Assembly: GCA_964187785.1 (NCBI GenBank)
Contig: OZ076409.1
Location: 76,262,001 to 76,326,000 of the forward strand
Origin: Amphiscolops sp. MND2022
Lineage: Eukaryota
Length of the DNA: 64,000 nt
Reading direction: 5' to 3'
The position numbers were made by a program, and so were the translations under genes. Positions 34,983-49,150 of the stretch are shown here, one piece after another. Position 1 is the stretch's first letter. The number at the start of each line of letters is the position of its first letter. The notes under the pieces are model-generated. The model was not told the origin of the DNA, made no database searches, and was given only the letters and a program-made list of their open reading frames with translations.

Positions 34983-37900
34983 GTGGCCGGGGGATTCCCC
35001 AATCTTCATTTTGAGGCGCGGGGAGGGTCCTGCGCCGAAGTGAAAAATACCTATTAACAACTAGTATAAAAAATGGTCACTTCTGAAGCCGATTTCGAAA
35101 ACTACCCACACGATTCGCCTAAAAATTTGCATGCGGCTCCCAATCGACATTCTAAGAGCAAATCCCTACTACCAATTTCCTGGGAAAATTCATTTTGATG
35201 GTCAAAATCTCTATTTTAGGTTCCAAAAATGGCATTTTTCTGGAAAATTTTTGTCCCAGAGTCGATTATTCGGAACTGGTGCTTCCAGCGCAGTAAAGCC
35301 TAGCTGATTTATTGTTGGGCACTTCATCAGGAGTCCGTATGCAAATTTTCGTCCAAATCGGATAAAAATTGACTGAGTAATAGCCGCAAATCCGACGATT
35401 TTTTCAGAAAATTTTCGTACATCTAGTCTATCTCTGCCGTTTTTTGCCCAGATTTTTTTCCAGGACCTCTCCTAAAGGCCTCCCCTGGCCGGTTTACCTC
35501 CCAGAAAAACCATTTGACCCTTTTGCCGCAGTTTCAGCGTTCCAGGATTCCCCGGGTAAAAAATAAATGACTTAGAATTTTTTCGAAAAATTTTCAAAAA
35601 TTTTTTTTTCAAATTCAGGCCTCCCAAAGGTAAGAAACTTCCACACAACTAGTATTGCAAGTGAATGCATGTGGAAAGTGCTTGAATAGACGAGAAAAAT
35701 GAGCTATTATAAAACTCTCTAGCTTAACCTGACGTTGACTTATGTTGTTTTGAAGGTGAGATTGGGGTGTGTGAATTACTAAATTTCGTCTAAACACCCA
35801 TTTTTCGTGAAGTCGAAATTCAGCTTTTGAAGCACAAATATTCTTTCTGATGCAACCAGTGGGGCACATGATATTCGAAAAGACCAATAGGATTGGTACA
35901 AGTGGCTCCAATATTACATGGGCAGCGATAAGACGTTATTCATAAAAAAAACTTATCAATTCAAGTAAACATATCGGAAGCCTGGGATCACAGTGAAAAA
36001 TGATTTCATCAAAAATTTACTCGTTTTTGTCAATCACTATGTACACAGAACGCGTACGCTGAGTTTCAGCACTAAAATAAGGTTTTTGAAGTAATCGGGC
36101 TGCTCAATTTGTGGCTTTTTATCATTTGACGTTATTTTGTTGCGTTTCTTATGTCTATTTTGCGTTTTTTTCCTCATAACTTTTTTCCAGGACATCATAG
36201 CCATTTTTGTTGCTCCTACGTTGCGTTGCAGCATCTGAAAACACATCTGCTGACAAACTTTGGTTGAAATCGGATCACCCCCCGCCGAGATAGAGGGGTA
36301 CCCCCCTCCGATTTTACCCCACAATTTTGTAAAAATGCCAATTTTGAGCATGAAGCTGTCGATTTAGCGTGTCCGTACCCTGCTGAAAATTTGTCGGGCG
36401 TAAGGCGTTACAGCTGATAACAGGTATGTTTTTTACCTTGTACCCCCCTGAGACCGAAAATGACATTTTTTATGTACTTTCAGACCGGAAATCAACATTT
36501 TTACAGATTCAAGCCACCCAAAGTCAAGAAACGTCCACACAACTAGGATTGCAAGTGAATGCATGTGGAAAGCCCTTGTTTTAGGGAGAAAAATCCCGTT
36601 TAGAACGTCGTTTTATCTTAACCTGACGTTGACTTATGTTGTTTTGAAGGTGCGATTGGGGTACGTGAAGTACCAAATATAGTCTGAAACACCCATTTTT
36701 CGTGAAGTCGATTTTCGAAATTCGGCTTTTGAAGCACAAATAATCATTCTGACGTAACCAGTGGGGCCCATGATACTCGAAAACACGAATGGTACTGGTA
36801 CCAACGGTTCCAATAACATATGAGCAGCGATAAGACATTATTCATAGCAAAATTTCTCAATTGAAGTAAACATCTGGGAAGCCTGGGATCACAATGAAAA
36901 GTGATTTCATCAAATTTGTACTCATTTTCGTCAATCACTTTGTACACAGAATGCATAGTGTGAGTTTTATCACTTGAATGATGTTTTTGAAGAACTTGGG
37001 CTGGTCAAGGTGATGTATGAGACATTTTTTTCATGTATACTACTATATTTCCTAAAACTTTTAACCCATTATCTCAAAACGCTAACTTTGCAAAATACGT
37101 TCAGTTACTTTATTCAACGATTAGAGTATCGGTGAACGGTGTGGTTGATCAGAAACTCTCAGTTCTTTTGTTTTACGAGATAATTCCCTTCCCATGCGTT
37201 ACATTTGTATCAGAAAAAAAGTAGAAGCTAAAAAATACGCTATTTTGCAAAGATAGAATCGCCACGATTGTGTCTAAAAACACTTTAAACACTTCTAACG
37301 CCACCTTACGGACCCAGGATGGTGGAAAATACCATTCACAATGTTGCAATGTGCTCTTTTTACAATCCAGGTTGAACAATTTTTGTATATTTTACAAGTA
37401 GCTGTTAACTGAATCTTGTGATAGCCTTTCAAGTTGGCCTTGTGTCAACTTGGGAAGGCTATCACCACAAAAAAACACTGAACAAAGTCACTTCTCGTTT
37501 ATGTCGTTTATGGGATAATGCTGGCGATAGTCGTTTTCGTGATTCTTTCCTACCGTTATTAGCTTCCATCAAGTCAGCTATCGATTGCATTCAGTCTTGA
37601 TAAAAACCTTATGAATTCGAAGACCTTTTTCTATTTTTTTTTGACGGCAGTACTTATGAAATTTATATTAAATCTAAACATTTAGTACAATAATTTTAGC
37701 TTTCTTTTACCGTTATCAGCCCCATCCACCCCGTACGTTCTCGTACCCCAACACAACAAATTCTCTGAGTCAACGCCACACACTCGCATCAATGCCCACA
37801 GTCCGTAGGCATGCCGAGATGAACGTCATCATTTTTTTGCCAAGATAACAGAATAAGTTAACATTATGTTGTTTCTCACGCGCAAGAGCGAGATTGAAGA

Positions 37901-38098
37901 TCCAAGTCGAAAAAAGATGTTGTCATAACTTTTACACTAATGTGTTCCTAATTTAAACAACAGAACCAATACTGACGCAATCTAATTACCCGACGCCACA
38001 TACCCTCATCAACGCCCACTGTCCGTAGGCATGCCGAGGCATGCCTTTCGACGACGTATGCCAAATACCTTCCAGCGACGCCCGCGCTCCCCGGCTAG
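34983..38098 (+). mobile_element. Family D unit (3116 bp), apparently identical copy of 15049-18164
   Basis: All ORF-track entries lying wholly within the unit recur with identical translation at a constant offset of 19,934 bp. Confidence 0.88.
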
Positions 38099-39351
38099 GT
38101 GGTCGGTATTCTTTACTACCTCATGCTCTGAGGGCGGGGTAGGGCCCCTCGCCCGATCCTAATCCTTAGGATTTTAAACATAAGGCCAATAATCCAAATG
38201 AAAGCGATCTCGAAAACTAACCTTACGATTTGGCTGAAATTTTGCATGCGGCTCCCTATGACAGATATAAGAACAAATCCCTACTGGCATTTTGCTGGGA
38301 AAATTCAGTTTTTGGGTCAAAATCACTATTTTAGGTCCAAAAAATGGCGTTTTTTCGGAAAATTTTTTTTCAAGAGCCAATATCTCGCTCCCAGGTGCTC
38401 GGAGCGGGTCGCATGTGGACGTCGATATTGCTAGGCACTTCGTAAGGAGTCCGTAGACAAATTTTCGTACAGATCGGATGAAAATTGACTTAGTAATAAA
38501 AAACTTTGATTTGCATTTTTTCGAAAATTTATGAAATCCTAGTGTATCTCTGCCGTTTTTTGCCCAGATTTTTTTCCAAGACCTCTCCTAAAGGCCTCCC
38601 CTGGCCGGTTTACCTCCCAGAAAAACCATTTGGCCCTTTTGCCGCAGTTTCAGCAATCCAGGATTCCCCGGGTAAAAGTAAAATGACTTAGAATTTTTTC
38701 GAAAAATTTTCAATTTTTTTTTCAACTTTAGGCCTCCCAAAGTCAAGAAACGTCCACACAACTAGTATTGCAAGTGAATGCATGTGGAAAGTGCTCGAAT
38801 AGACGAGAAAAATGAGCTATTATAAACCTCTGTAGGTCAACCTGACGTTGACTTATGACAATTTTAGTGTGAGCTTGCTAAGTGACAAAAAATTTCAAAA
38901 ATTGAAAATCGAAGCATAGTCTCATCCAAACTCCTCGGAATACGTTCAATCCAAGCCAGAGCGGATTAAATCCAGCTATATAGTGCAGCAACACCATTCA
39001 AGTTGTTTTTGACTCCTTTTAATAAGTTTTGACACTGTCTTATTCATCCGAATGTTCGAAACAGTCAAGTACATTCCATCTCCCTTTAGGGAGATGGTAA
39101 TGTACTCACCAAAAACCAAGTAATATTGCCCTTTTTATACCTGGAAAGGCCCTAGAAATGCAGTAGCGTGAGCTCCAGGTCGTTTGCAGTAGCCTTCACG
39201 TGTGTTGTGACTTTGCTATAAAACTAACTATGTTACTAAAAGTGAAAAAAATTTCTCTTCAAAAAACTATTATATTTACACGTTTTGTTGTCAAATACAA
39301 CTACTAAACAAATAGCGCCCCCTTGTCTACTGTTCAACCGTGCACGTCTAG
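38099..39351 (+). mobile_element. Family E unit (1253 bp) sharing both ends with the autonomous element
   Basis: First ~765 bp match 19437-20205; ends TGTTCAACCGTGCACGTCTAG. Confidence 0.85.
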
Positions 39352-41491
39352 GTGGTCAAGGGGGATGCCCATCAGAAAATATTGCGAGGCCGGGGAGGGT
39401 CCCGAGAGCCGAGCACATTCTATCAATTCCTACCTTCAGGATTGCGAAGTATTTTAACCGATCTCGAAATTCACCCGTAGGATTTGTCTGAAACTTTGCA
39501 TGTGGCTTTATCTCAAAAATTTAAGAATTTTTTTCTGCTGACGTTTTTCCAGGAAAATTCATTTTGTAGGGTTTTTTTGGGTTTTTTTGGTTTTTTTCAT
39601 CTTTTTTCATCTTTGATTAATCAATGACCGAATCAAAGGCCATTTTCACCATGAAGGAAAACCCGTAGCGGCAAAGTGCACTTTTATGAAACTCATCAAC
39701 GGTCAACGGTCTTTCGAACGGTTCAAAAAAATTTCCCCCCGGGGGAAACCAAAGTGCCGAAAAGTGCCAAAATTATTTTTTTGACTGAATCACTTTGATC
39801 AAATTGATGATTTGAGCAGCCGGAACGGTCCGCACGGTCTCGGACAATAAGGTCAAAAATTGTCAGCATCCAATGGGGGTTCCAAAAATGTAGTTCGTTC
39901 ACCTGTAGGAGACATCAGAAAAAAGTTGATTTTTTGGGGTATATGTCATTATGAGTGATTGGATGAGAAATAATTGTATCACTTTCAGTTGGATATGATG
40001 CAGCACAGGAAGCAGCTGCAGCAAACTTGAAAATGATTATGGGGCTGGGGTTTACCCTCTCTATCGAGCAAAACAGCCCTAGGGCATAAGTTGTGCCAAA
40101 AAATGCCTCAAAGTGATGATTAGGTTATTGCAAATCGTTCAGCAAAATTTATTGTCACCGGTGTTCCGAGAGTTGCGCAGCATCTCGCAGGAACAACGGT
40201 GCTTGCTTAGAAAGCAAAAAACCACAAAATCCCTTGAGTTAAGTTGACGGCAGTCACCATAGACATTCACTCGTCAGGGTGATGATATTTATCGTTCAAT
40301 CCCAGAATAACTTACAAAAAATTGCTAGCCTCAATATTTCTTTTTCATACTCCATTAGCAAAGGTTGCGCTGTTAAGTTTAGGCCTTTTACTAGCAGTGC
40401 TCTAAATCGCTCCATCGCTAGGTGGTCAAGGGGGATGCCCATCAGAAAATATTGCGAGGCCGGGGAGGGTCCCGAGAGCCGAGCACATTCTATCAATTCC
40501 TACCTTCAGGATTGCGAAGTATTTTAACCGATCTCGAAATTCACCCGTAGGATTTGTCTGAAACTTTGCATGTGGCTTTATCTCAAAAATTTGAGAATTT
40601 TTTTCTTCTGACGTTTTTCCAGGAAAATTCATTTTGTAGGGTTTTTTTGCGTTTTTTTGGTTTTTTTCATCTTTTTTCATCTTTGATTAATCAATGACCG
40701 AATCAAAGGCCATTTTCACCATGAAGGAAAGCCCGAAGCGGCAAAATGCACTTTTATGAAAATCATCAACGGTCAACGGTCTTTCGAACGGTCCGAAAAA
40801 ATTTCCCCCCGGGGGAAACCAAAGTGCCGAAAAGTGCCAAAATTATTTTTTTGACTGAATCACTTTGATCAAATTGATGATTTGAGCAGCCGGAACGGTC
40901 CGCACGGTCTCGGACAATAAGGTCAAAAATTGTCAACATCCAATGGGGGTTCCAAAAATGTAATTCGTTCACCTGTAGGAGACATCAGAAAAAAGTTGAT
41001 TTTTTGGGGTATATGTCATTATGAGTGATTGGATGAGAAATAATTGTATCACTTTCAGTTGGATATGATGCAGCACAGGAAGCAGCTGCAGCAAACTTGA
41101 AACTGATTATGGGGCTGGGGTTTACCCTCTGTATCGAGCAAAACAGCCCTAGGGCATAGGTTGTGCCAAAAAATGCCTCAAAGTGATGATTATGTTATTA
41201 CAAATCGATCAGCAAAATTTATTGTCACCGGTGTTCCGAGAGTTGCGCAGCATCTCGCAGGAACAACGGTGCTTACTTAGAAAGCAAAAAACCACAAAAT
41301 CCCTTGAGTTAAGTTGACGGCAGTCACCATAGACATTCACTCGTCAGGGTGATGATATTTATCGTTCAATCCCAGAATAACTTACAAAAAATTGCTAGCC
41401 TCAATATTTCTTTTTCATACTCCATTAGCAAAGGTTGCGCTGTTAAGTTTAGGCCTTTTACTAGCAGTGCTCTAAATCGCTCCATCGCTAG
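39352..41491 (+). mobile_element. Family F units, tandem dimer (39352-40421, 40422-41491; 1070 bp each)
   Basis: Near-identical pair that keeps the left-end motifs but has an unrelated interior and the 3' end TCGCTCCATCGCTAG. Confidence 0.82.
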
Positions 41492-42763
41492 GTGCCGGGA
41501 TTACTATTCGATAAAGTATTTTGCGCGGTTGGGTAGGGCCCCGTGAGCGCGCCAGGGGATTGTGTTAGAACAACAAGGATTTGGGCATCAGTTGGGAGCG
41601 ATTTTCTAAACTATCCGTACGATTTGGCTGAAATTTGGCACGAAGCTTCCTTGGAACATTCTAAGAACAAATCCCTAATGGCGTTTTGCTGGGAAAAATC
41701 AAAAAGTTGGTCAAAAATGCGATTTTCCGACAAAATTTTGGGGTAAAATTTTTTTGAAACGTTATATCTCGCCACAGGGTCACGCTAGCGCCTCGCAACC
41801 TATGATCGTGTTTTGTTGGGCGTTGTCTGTAGAACACGTATGCCAAATTTGGTGGCGATCGGACTTAAACTCAGGGAGATATAGCGATTTTTTAGGTGCA
41901 TTTTTTGACATTTTTTGCATTTGCCGATTTATCTCTGCCGTTTTTTGCCCAGAATTTTTTTGAGACACTCTCCTAAAGACCTCCCCTGGCCGGTTTACCT
42001 CCCAGCAAAACCATTTGGCCCTAAATACGGAGTTTCAGCGTTCTAGCATTCCCGGGCGAAAAGTTGTGGGACTTAGAATAATTTTTTTGGAAACGCAAAA
42101 TGTGTAAAGTCAACTTCATGCCTCCCAAAGTCAAGAAACTTCCACACAACTAGGATTGCAAGTGAATGCATGTGGAAAGTACTCGACCAGACGAGAAAAA
42201 TGAGCTATAGAACGACTCTGTAGCTTAACTTGACGTTGACTTATGACATTTTGAATGTGAACTTGCTGAGGGTTCTGAAAGTTAAAAATTGAAAATGGAA
42301 ACTAAGTCTCATTGAAAACTCACCGGAATCCGTGCAATCGACCCCAGAGCGTGCTCAAATTTAGTTTTCTAATCTATCAACACCATTCAAGGTCTTTTGA
42401 CTAATGTTGAAAAAATTGATACCGTATTATTCATCCGAGAGCACGAAACAGTTGAGTACATTCCATCTCCCCTCCGTGGGAGATGAGAATGTACTCGCTA
42501 ACGTCCAGGTACTACAGCCCATATTTGTTTTAATGCGACGCTCTTTATGCTAGTGCGTACACGTAATAATCTTTTAACTGAACTTTCTATTGTCTGCACT
42601 TTGAGTTTGACTTGACATATTCTGATTGTTTTTGTCCTTACAACATACACATGACTAACGTCAACGCCCCATCCTTCAATCAACGCCCACCGTCCGTGGG
42701 CATGCCGAGGCATGCCCTTCGACGACGTATAGCTAAGATATTCCCAAGCGCGGTAGCTGCTAG
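41492..42763 (+). mobile_element. Family G unit (1272 bp)
   Basis: Starts GTGCCGGGATT; similar to the unit at 59082. Confidence 0.82.
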
Positions 42764-44042
42764 GTGGTCCGGTACACTACCAACAAAACATTGTCGCGAG
42801 CAACGGGGAGGGTCCTGTAGCGAGCTTTATAGGAAAAAAACGGCGGAGCATATATACTAGGCAACATCGGCACTTTTACCCACGATCTCTGAAATGAACC
42901 ATACGATCCGGCTCAAAATTTGCATACGGCTTCCTCTAGCGATTCTAAGAACTTTTTCCTACTGGCATTTTGCCCGGAAAATTCAAAAAGTGGGTCAAAA
43001 TCTTAGTTTTTTGGTCGAAAAATGGCGTTTTTTTGGAAAAAATTTTTTTAAGAGCCCATATCTCGCTCCCAGGTGCTCGGAGCGGGTCGCATGTGGACGT
43101 TGATATTGCTGGGCACTTCTTAAGGAGTCCGTAGACAAATTTTCGTACAGATCGGATGAAAATTGACTGAGTAATAGCCGCAAATCCGACGAATTTTTCA
43201 GAAAATTTTGGTACACCTAGTCTATCTCTGCCGTTTTTTGCCCAGATTTTTTTCCAGGACCTCTCCTAAAGGCCTCCCCTGGCCGGTTTACCTCCCAGAA
43301 AAACCATTTGGCCCTTTTGCCGCAGTTTCAGCGTTCCAGGATTCCCCGGGTAAAAGATAAATGACTTAGAATTTTTTCGAAAATTTTTCAAAATTTTTTT
43401 TTCAACTTCAGGCCCCCCAAAGTCAAGAAACTTCCACACAACTAGTATTGCAAGTGAATGCATGTGGAAAGTGCTCGAATAGACGAGAAAAATGAGCTAT
43501 TATAAAGTTCTGTAGCTTAACCTGACGTTGACTTATGACAATTTTAGTGTGAGCTTGCTATGTGAGAAAAAATTTCATAAATTGAAAATCGAAGCTAAGT
43601 CTCATCGGAATACGTTCAGTGGACCCTAGCGCTGTTTAAATGCCGCTGTTTAGTGCAGCAACGCCCTTTAAGGTCATTTGATCCATTTTTTACAGGTTTT
43701 GACACCGTCTTATCCATTCGAAAGTTCGAAAGAGTTGTGTACATTCCATCTCCCCCCTTCTATGGGGGAGATGGTAATGTACACGCAAAAAGCCAAGTAC
43801 TACTGTTCTTTTTATACTTGGAGTGGCCTCGGCAATGCAGTAGCGGGAGCTCCAGGTCGTTTGCCGTAGCCTTATTGTCTGTTTAGACTTTGCTACAACA
43901 GAAACTATGTTACTGAACATGAAAAAGATTGTTTCAATCCAAATGTTTTTTTAATTAATAATACCAAATAACACATGTCCATATATCCACTATTGCCACT
44001 AAATACTGGCGCATCGTCGCACAACGAAGCCTGCAGCGCTAG
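42764..44042 (+). mobile_element. Unit H (1279 bp): E-like body with unique tips
   Basis: Ends GAAGCCTGCAGCGCTAG and lacks the GCATGC hairpin. Confidence 0.78.
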
Positions 44043-45315
44043 GTGGCCGGAAATTTTTTTTTTCATCAAAATCTTTGCCATTGGGGGAGGGGCCCCGGAT
44101 GGCCAGTAGTACGGGATAGCTTCCTACCAAATCCAGGCGGAAAAAACGTGATTTTGGAAACTAGCCGTCAGAATTTGCTCAAATTTTGCATACGGCTTCC
44201 TATAACAATCCTAAGAACTAATCCCTACTGGCATTTTGCCCAAAAAACGCAAAAAGTTGGTCAAAATCTTAGTTTTTTGGTCAAAAAATGGCGTTTTTTC
44301 GAAAAAAAATTTTTTCAGAGACAATTACTCGTAACTGGTTCACCCAGCGCAAAAACGCCTAGCTGATTTATTGTTGGGCACTTCATGAGGAATGCGTATA
44401 CAAATTTTCGTCCAAATCGGGTAAAAGTTGATTGAGAAATAACTGAAATTTTGAGGCATTTTTTTGAAAATTTTTGAAATCCCAGTCTATCTCTGCCGTT
44501 TTTTGCCCAGATTTTTTTTCCAGACACTCTTCTAAAGACCTCCCCTGGCCGGTTTACCTCCCAGCAAAACCATTTGGCCCTAAATACGGAGTTTCAGTAT
44601 TCAAGCAAACCCCGGGTAAAAGATAAATGACTTAGAATTTTTTCGAAAATTTTTTCAAAATTTTTTTTTCAAATTCAGGCCTCCTAAAGTCAAGAAAGTT
44701 CCACACAACTAGGATTGCAAGTGATAGCATGTGGAAAGTGCTTGAATAGACGAGAAAAATGAGCTAATATACGACTCTGTAGCTTAATTTGACGTTGACT
44801 TATGATAATTTTAGTGTGAGCTTCGTATGTGCTGAAAAATTTAAAGAAACCTAAAAGTCTTTTTAAGGTAATCAGGATACGTCCAATCAACCCCAGAGCT
44901 GTTATATTGCCGTTGTGTAGTAGAGCGACACCATTTAGAGTGTTTTGACCCATTTTGACAAGTTTTGATACAGTCTTGTTCATCCAATAGCTTAAAACAG
45001 TTGAGTACATTCCATCTCCCCCCTTGTGGGGGAGATGAGAATGTACTCGCTAAAAGTCAGGTACTATAGCGCCCATTTTGTTTTATTCGACGCTAGTGAT
45101 GCTATTGCACACGAATACAATAGTTTTGTCAAATCATGTTTAACATGATGAATCTTACTATACCTTTGGTGTACGTTAACCTACTACTACAACATCGCAT
45201 CCCTGACGTCAACGCCACACACTCTCACTAACGCCCACCGTCCGTGGGCATGCCGAGGCATGCCCTTCGACGACGTATGCCAAATAGCGCCACAGGGCGC
45301 AAACATTCCCGCTAG
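44043..45315 (+). mobile_element. Unit I (1273 bp)
   Basis: Left part resembles the 52617 unit; right part resembles the 61619 unit. Confidence 0.8.
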
Positions 45316-46581
45316 GTGGTTGGGAATCTTTCCTACCTGATGCTTTGAGGGCGGGGTAGGGCCCCCTGCCCGATCCTAATCCTTAGGATTTTAAACATAA
45401 GGCGCTTTCACAGAAAAAACGCGATTTCGAAAACTAACCTTACGATTTGGCTGAAATTTTGCATGCGGCTCCCTATGACAGATATAAGAACAAATCCCTA
45501 CTGGCATTTTGCTGGGAAAATTCAGTTTTTGGGTCAAAATCACTATTTTAGGTCCAAAAAATGGCGTTTTTTCGGAAAATTTTTTTTCAAGAGCCCATAT
45601 CTCGCTCCCAGGTGCTCGGAGCGGGTCGCATGTGGACGTCGATATTGCTAGGCACTTCGTAAGGAGTCCGTAGACAAATTTTCGTACAGATCGGATGAAA
45701 ATTGACTTAGTAATAAAAAACCTTAAAATGCATTTTTTCGAAAATTTTTGAAATCCCAGTGTATCTCTGCCGTTTTTTGCCCAGATTTTTTTCCAGGACC
45801 TCTCCTAAAGGCCTCCCCTGGCCGGTTTACCTCCCAGAAAAACCATTTGGCCCTTTTGCCGCAGTTTCAGCAATCCAGGATTCCCCGGGTAAAAGTAAAA
45901 TGACTTAGAATTTTTTCGAAAAATTTTCAAATTTTTTTTTTCAACTTTAGGCCTCCCAAAGTCAAGAAACGTCCACACAACTAGTATTGCAAGTGGATGC
46001 ATGTGGAAAGTGCTCGAATAGACGAGAAAAATGAGCTATTATAAAACTTTTTAGCTTAACCTGACGTTGACTTATGACAATTTTAGTGTGAGCTTGCTAT
46101 GTGAGAAAAAATATCGAAAAATCAAAATCGAAGCTAAGCCTCATCCAAATCTCATCGGAATACGTTCAATCTATCCCAAAGTGGTTTATTTCCAGTTGTC
46201 TAGTGCAGCACCACCATTCAAAGTCCTTTTTGACTAATTTATATAAGTTTTGACATCGTCTTATCCATTCGAAATTTGAAGCAGTTAAGTACATTCCATC
46301 TCCCCTCCGTGGGAGATGGTAATGTACGCGCAAAAAGCCAAGTACTATTGCCCTTTTTCTACATGGAGTGGACCTAGAAATGCATTAGCGTGAGCTCCAC
46401 GCTGCTTGCAGTAGCCCTTACAGGTGTTGTACCTTTGTTACAAAACTAACTATGTTACTAATCATAAAAAAAATGTTACACTCGAAAAATTATTTTCATT
46501 AATTATATTTACACGTTTTGTTGTCAATTGCAATAACTACAGCTACCGCCCTGGCCTGATTGTTCAACCGTGCACGTCTAG
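45316..46581 (+). mobile_element. Family E variant unit (1266 bp)
   Basis: Similar to the 38099 unit; ends GATTGTTCAACCGTGCACGTCTAG like the autonomous element. Confidence 0.82.
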
Positions 46582-49150
46582 GTGCCAAAATCTATTGATT
46601 TGCCAAACACTTCGAGGGCGGGGTAGGGCCCCCAGCCCGAGTCAAAAGTCGAAGACAAACAACTTAAGGCAACTGTCGAATTCTCCTATCGATTTTCTAA
46701 ACGAGCCGTCAGATTTGGCTGAAATTTTGCATACGGCTTCCTATAACAATCCTAAGAACTAATCCCTACTGGCGTTTTGCCCGGAAAATTCAAAAAGTGG
46801 GTCAAAATCTTAGTTTTTTGGTCGAAAAATGGCGTTTTTTTGGAAAAAATTTTTTTAAGAGCCCATATCTCGCTCCCAGGTGCCCGTAGCGACCAGACCT
46901 CGGACGGTACTATTGCTGGGCACTTCGTAAGGAGTCCGTAGACAAATTTTCGTACAGATCGGATAAAAATTGACTGAGTAATAGCCGTCATTGGGACGCA
47001 TTTTTTCGACTTTTTTCGAAAACCTAGTCTATCTCTGCCGTTTTTTGCCCAGATTTTTTTCCAGGACCTCTCCTAAAGGCCTCCCCTGGCCGGTTTACCT
47101 CCCAGAAAAACCATTTGGCCCTTTTGCCGCAGTTTCAGCGTTCCAGGATTCCTTGAGTAAAAGTAAAATGACTTAGAATTTTCTCAAAAAATTTTCAAAA
47201 TTTTTTTTTCAACTTCAGACCTCCCAAAGTCAGGAAACTTCCACACAACTAGTATTGCAAGTGAATGCATGTGGAAAGTGCTCGAATAGACGAGAAAAAT
47301 GAGCTATTATAAAGCTCTGTAGCTCAACCTGACGTTGACTTATGATAATTTTAGTGTGAGCTTGCTATGTGAGAAAAAATTTCAAAAATTGAAAATCGAG
47401 CTAAGTCTCATCCAAAACTCATCGGAATACGTTCAATCCACCCTAAAGCGGTTTAATTCCAGTTACTAAGTGCAGCAACACCATTCAAGGTCATTTAACC
47501 CATATTTATAATTTTTGACACCGTCTTATCCATTTGAAAGTTCGAAACAGTTGAGTACATTCCATCTCCCCTACGTGGGAGATGGCAATGTACTCGCAAA
47601 AAGCCAAGGTCCTACCGCCCTATTCTATCCGGCGTTGCATCAGAAATGCAGTAGCATGAGCTCCAGGTTGTTTGCAGTAGCCTTTACGTATGTTGTGACT
47701 ATGTATTACAATTCTAACTCTGTTACTAAACATGAAAAAATTGTTTCAATCCCAAAAATTTTCATTTCAACTTTAGTATGTCACCAATAAACATATATGC
47801 ATCTTTCCTACTACAACCACCCTACCACCCGGCCCCTTGTCCACTGTTCAACCGTGCACGTCTAGGTGCCAAAACCCAATGGTTTGCCAAACACTTCGAG
47901 GGCGGGGTAGGGCCCCCAGCCCGAGTCAAAAGTCGAAGACAAACAACTTAAGGCGATTGCTGGGATCTCCTATCGATTTTCTAAACGAGCCGTCAGATTT
48001 GGCTGAAATTTTGCATACGGCTTCCTATAACAATCCTAAGAACTAATCCCTACTGGCGTTTTGCCCGGAAAATTCAAAAAGTGGGTCAAAATCTTAGTTT
48101 TTTGGTCGAAAAATGGCGTTTTTTTGGAAAAATTTTTTTTAAGAGCCCATATCTCGCTCCCAGGTGCCCGTAGCGACCAGACCTCGGACGGTACTATTGC
48201 TGGGCACTTCGTAAGGAGTCCGTAGACAAATTTTCGTCCAGATCGGATAAAAATTGATAGAGTAATAGCCGCCGATTTGGCGAATTTTTTCGACATTTTT
48301 CGAAATCCCAGTCTATCTCTGCCGTTTTTTGCCCAGATTTTTTTCCAGGACCTCTCCTAAAGGCCTCCCCTGGCCGGTTTACCTCCCAGAAAAACCATTT
48401 GGCCCTTTTGCCGCAGTTTCAGCGTTCCAGGATTCCTTGAGTAAAAGTAAAATGACTTAGAATTTTCTCAAAAAATTTTCAAAATTTTTTTTTTCAACTT
48501 CAGACCTCCCAAAGTCAGGAAACTTCCACACAACTAGTATTGCAAGTGAATGCATGTGGAAAGTGCTCGAATAGACGAGAAAAATGAGCTATTATAAACC
48601 TCTGTAGCTTAACCTGACGTTGACTTATGACAATTTTAGTGTGAGCTTGCTATGTGAGAAAAAATTTCAAAAATTGAAAATCGAGCTAAGTCTCATCCAA
48701 AACTCATCGGAATACGTTCAATCCACCCTAAAGCGGTTTAATTCCAGTTACTAAGTGCAGCAACACCATTCAAGGTCATTTAACCCATATTTATAATTTT
48801 TGACACCGTCTTATCCATTTGAAAGTTCGAAACAGTTGAGTACATTCCATCTCCCCTACGTGGGAGATGGTAATGTACTCGCAAAAAGCCAAGGTCCTAC
48901 CGCCCTATTCTATCCGGCGTTGCATCAGAAATGCAGTAGCATGAGCTCCAGGTTGTTTGCAGTAGCCTTTACGTATGTTGTGACCATGTATTACAATTCT
49001 AACTCTGTTACTAAACATGAAAAAATTGTTTCAATCCCAAAAATTTTCATTTCAACTTTAGTATGTCACCAATAAACATATATGCATCTTTCCTACTACA
49101 ACCACCCTACCACCCGGCCCCTTGTCCACTGTTCAACCGTGCACGTCTAG
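46582..49150 (+). mobile_element. Family J units, tandem dimer (46582-47865, 47866-49150)
   Basis: Both start GTGCCAAAA and end TGTTCAACCGTGCACGTCTAG. Confidence 0.82.

Noticed and set aside
40100..40421. Possible minus-strand spliced gene fragment starting just inside the family F end (MERFRALLVKG..)
   Set aside because: The product is short, has no recognisable domain, and the putative acceptor region differs between the two copies; unsupported.
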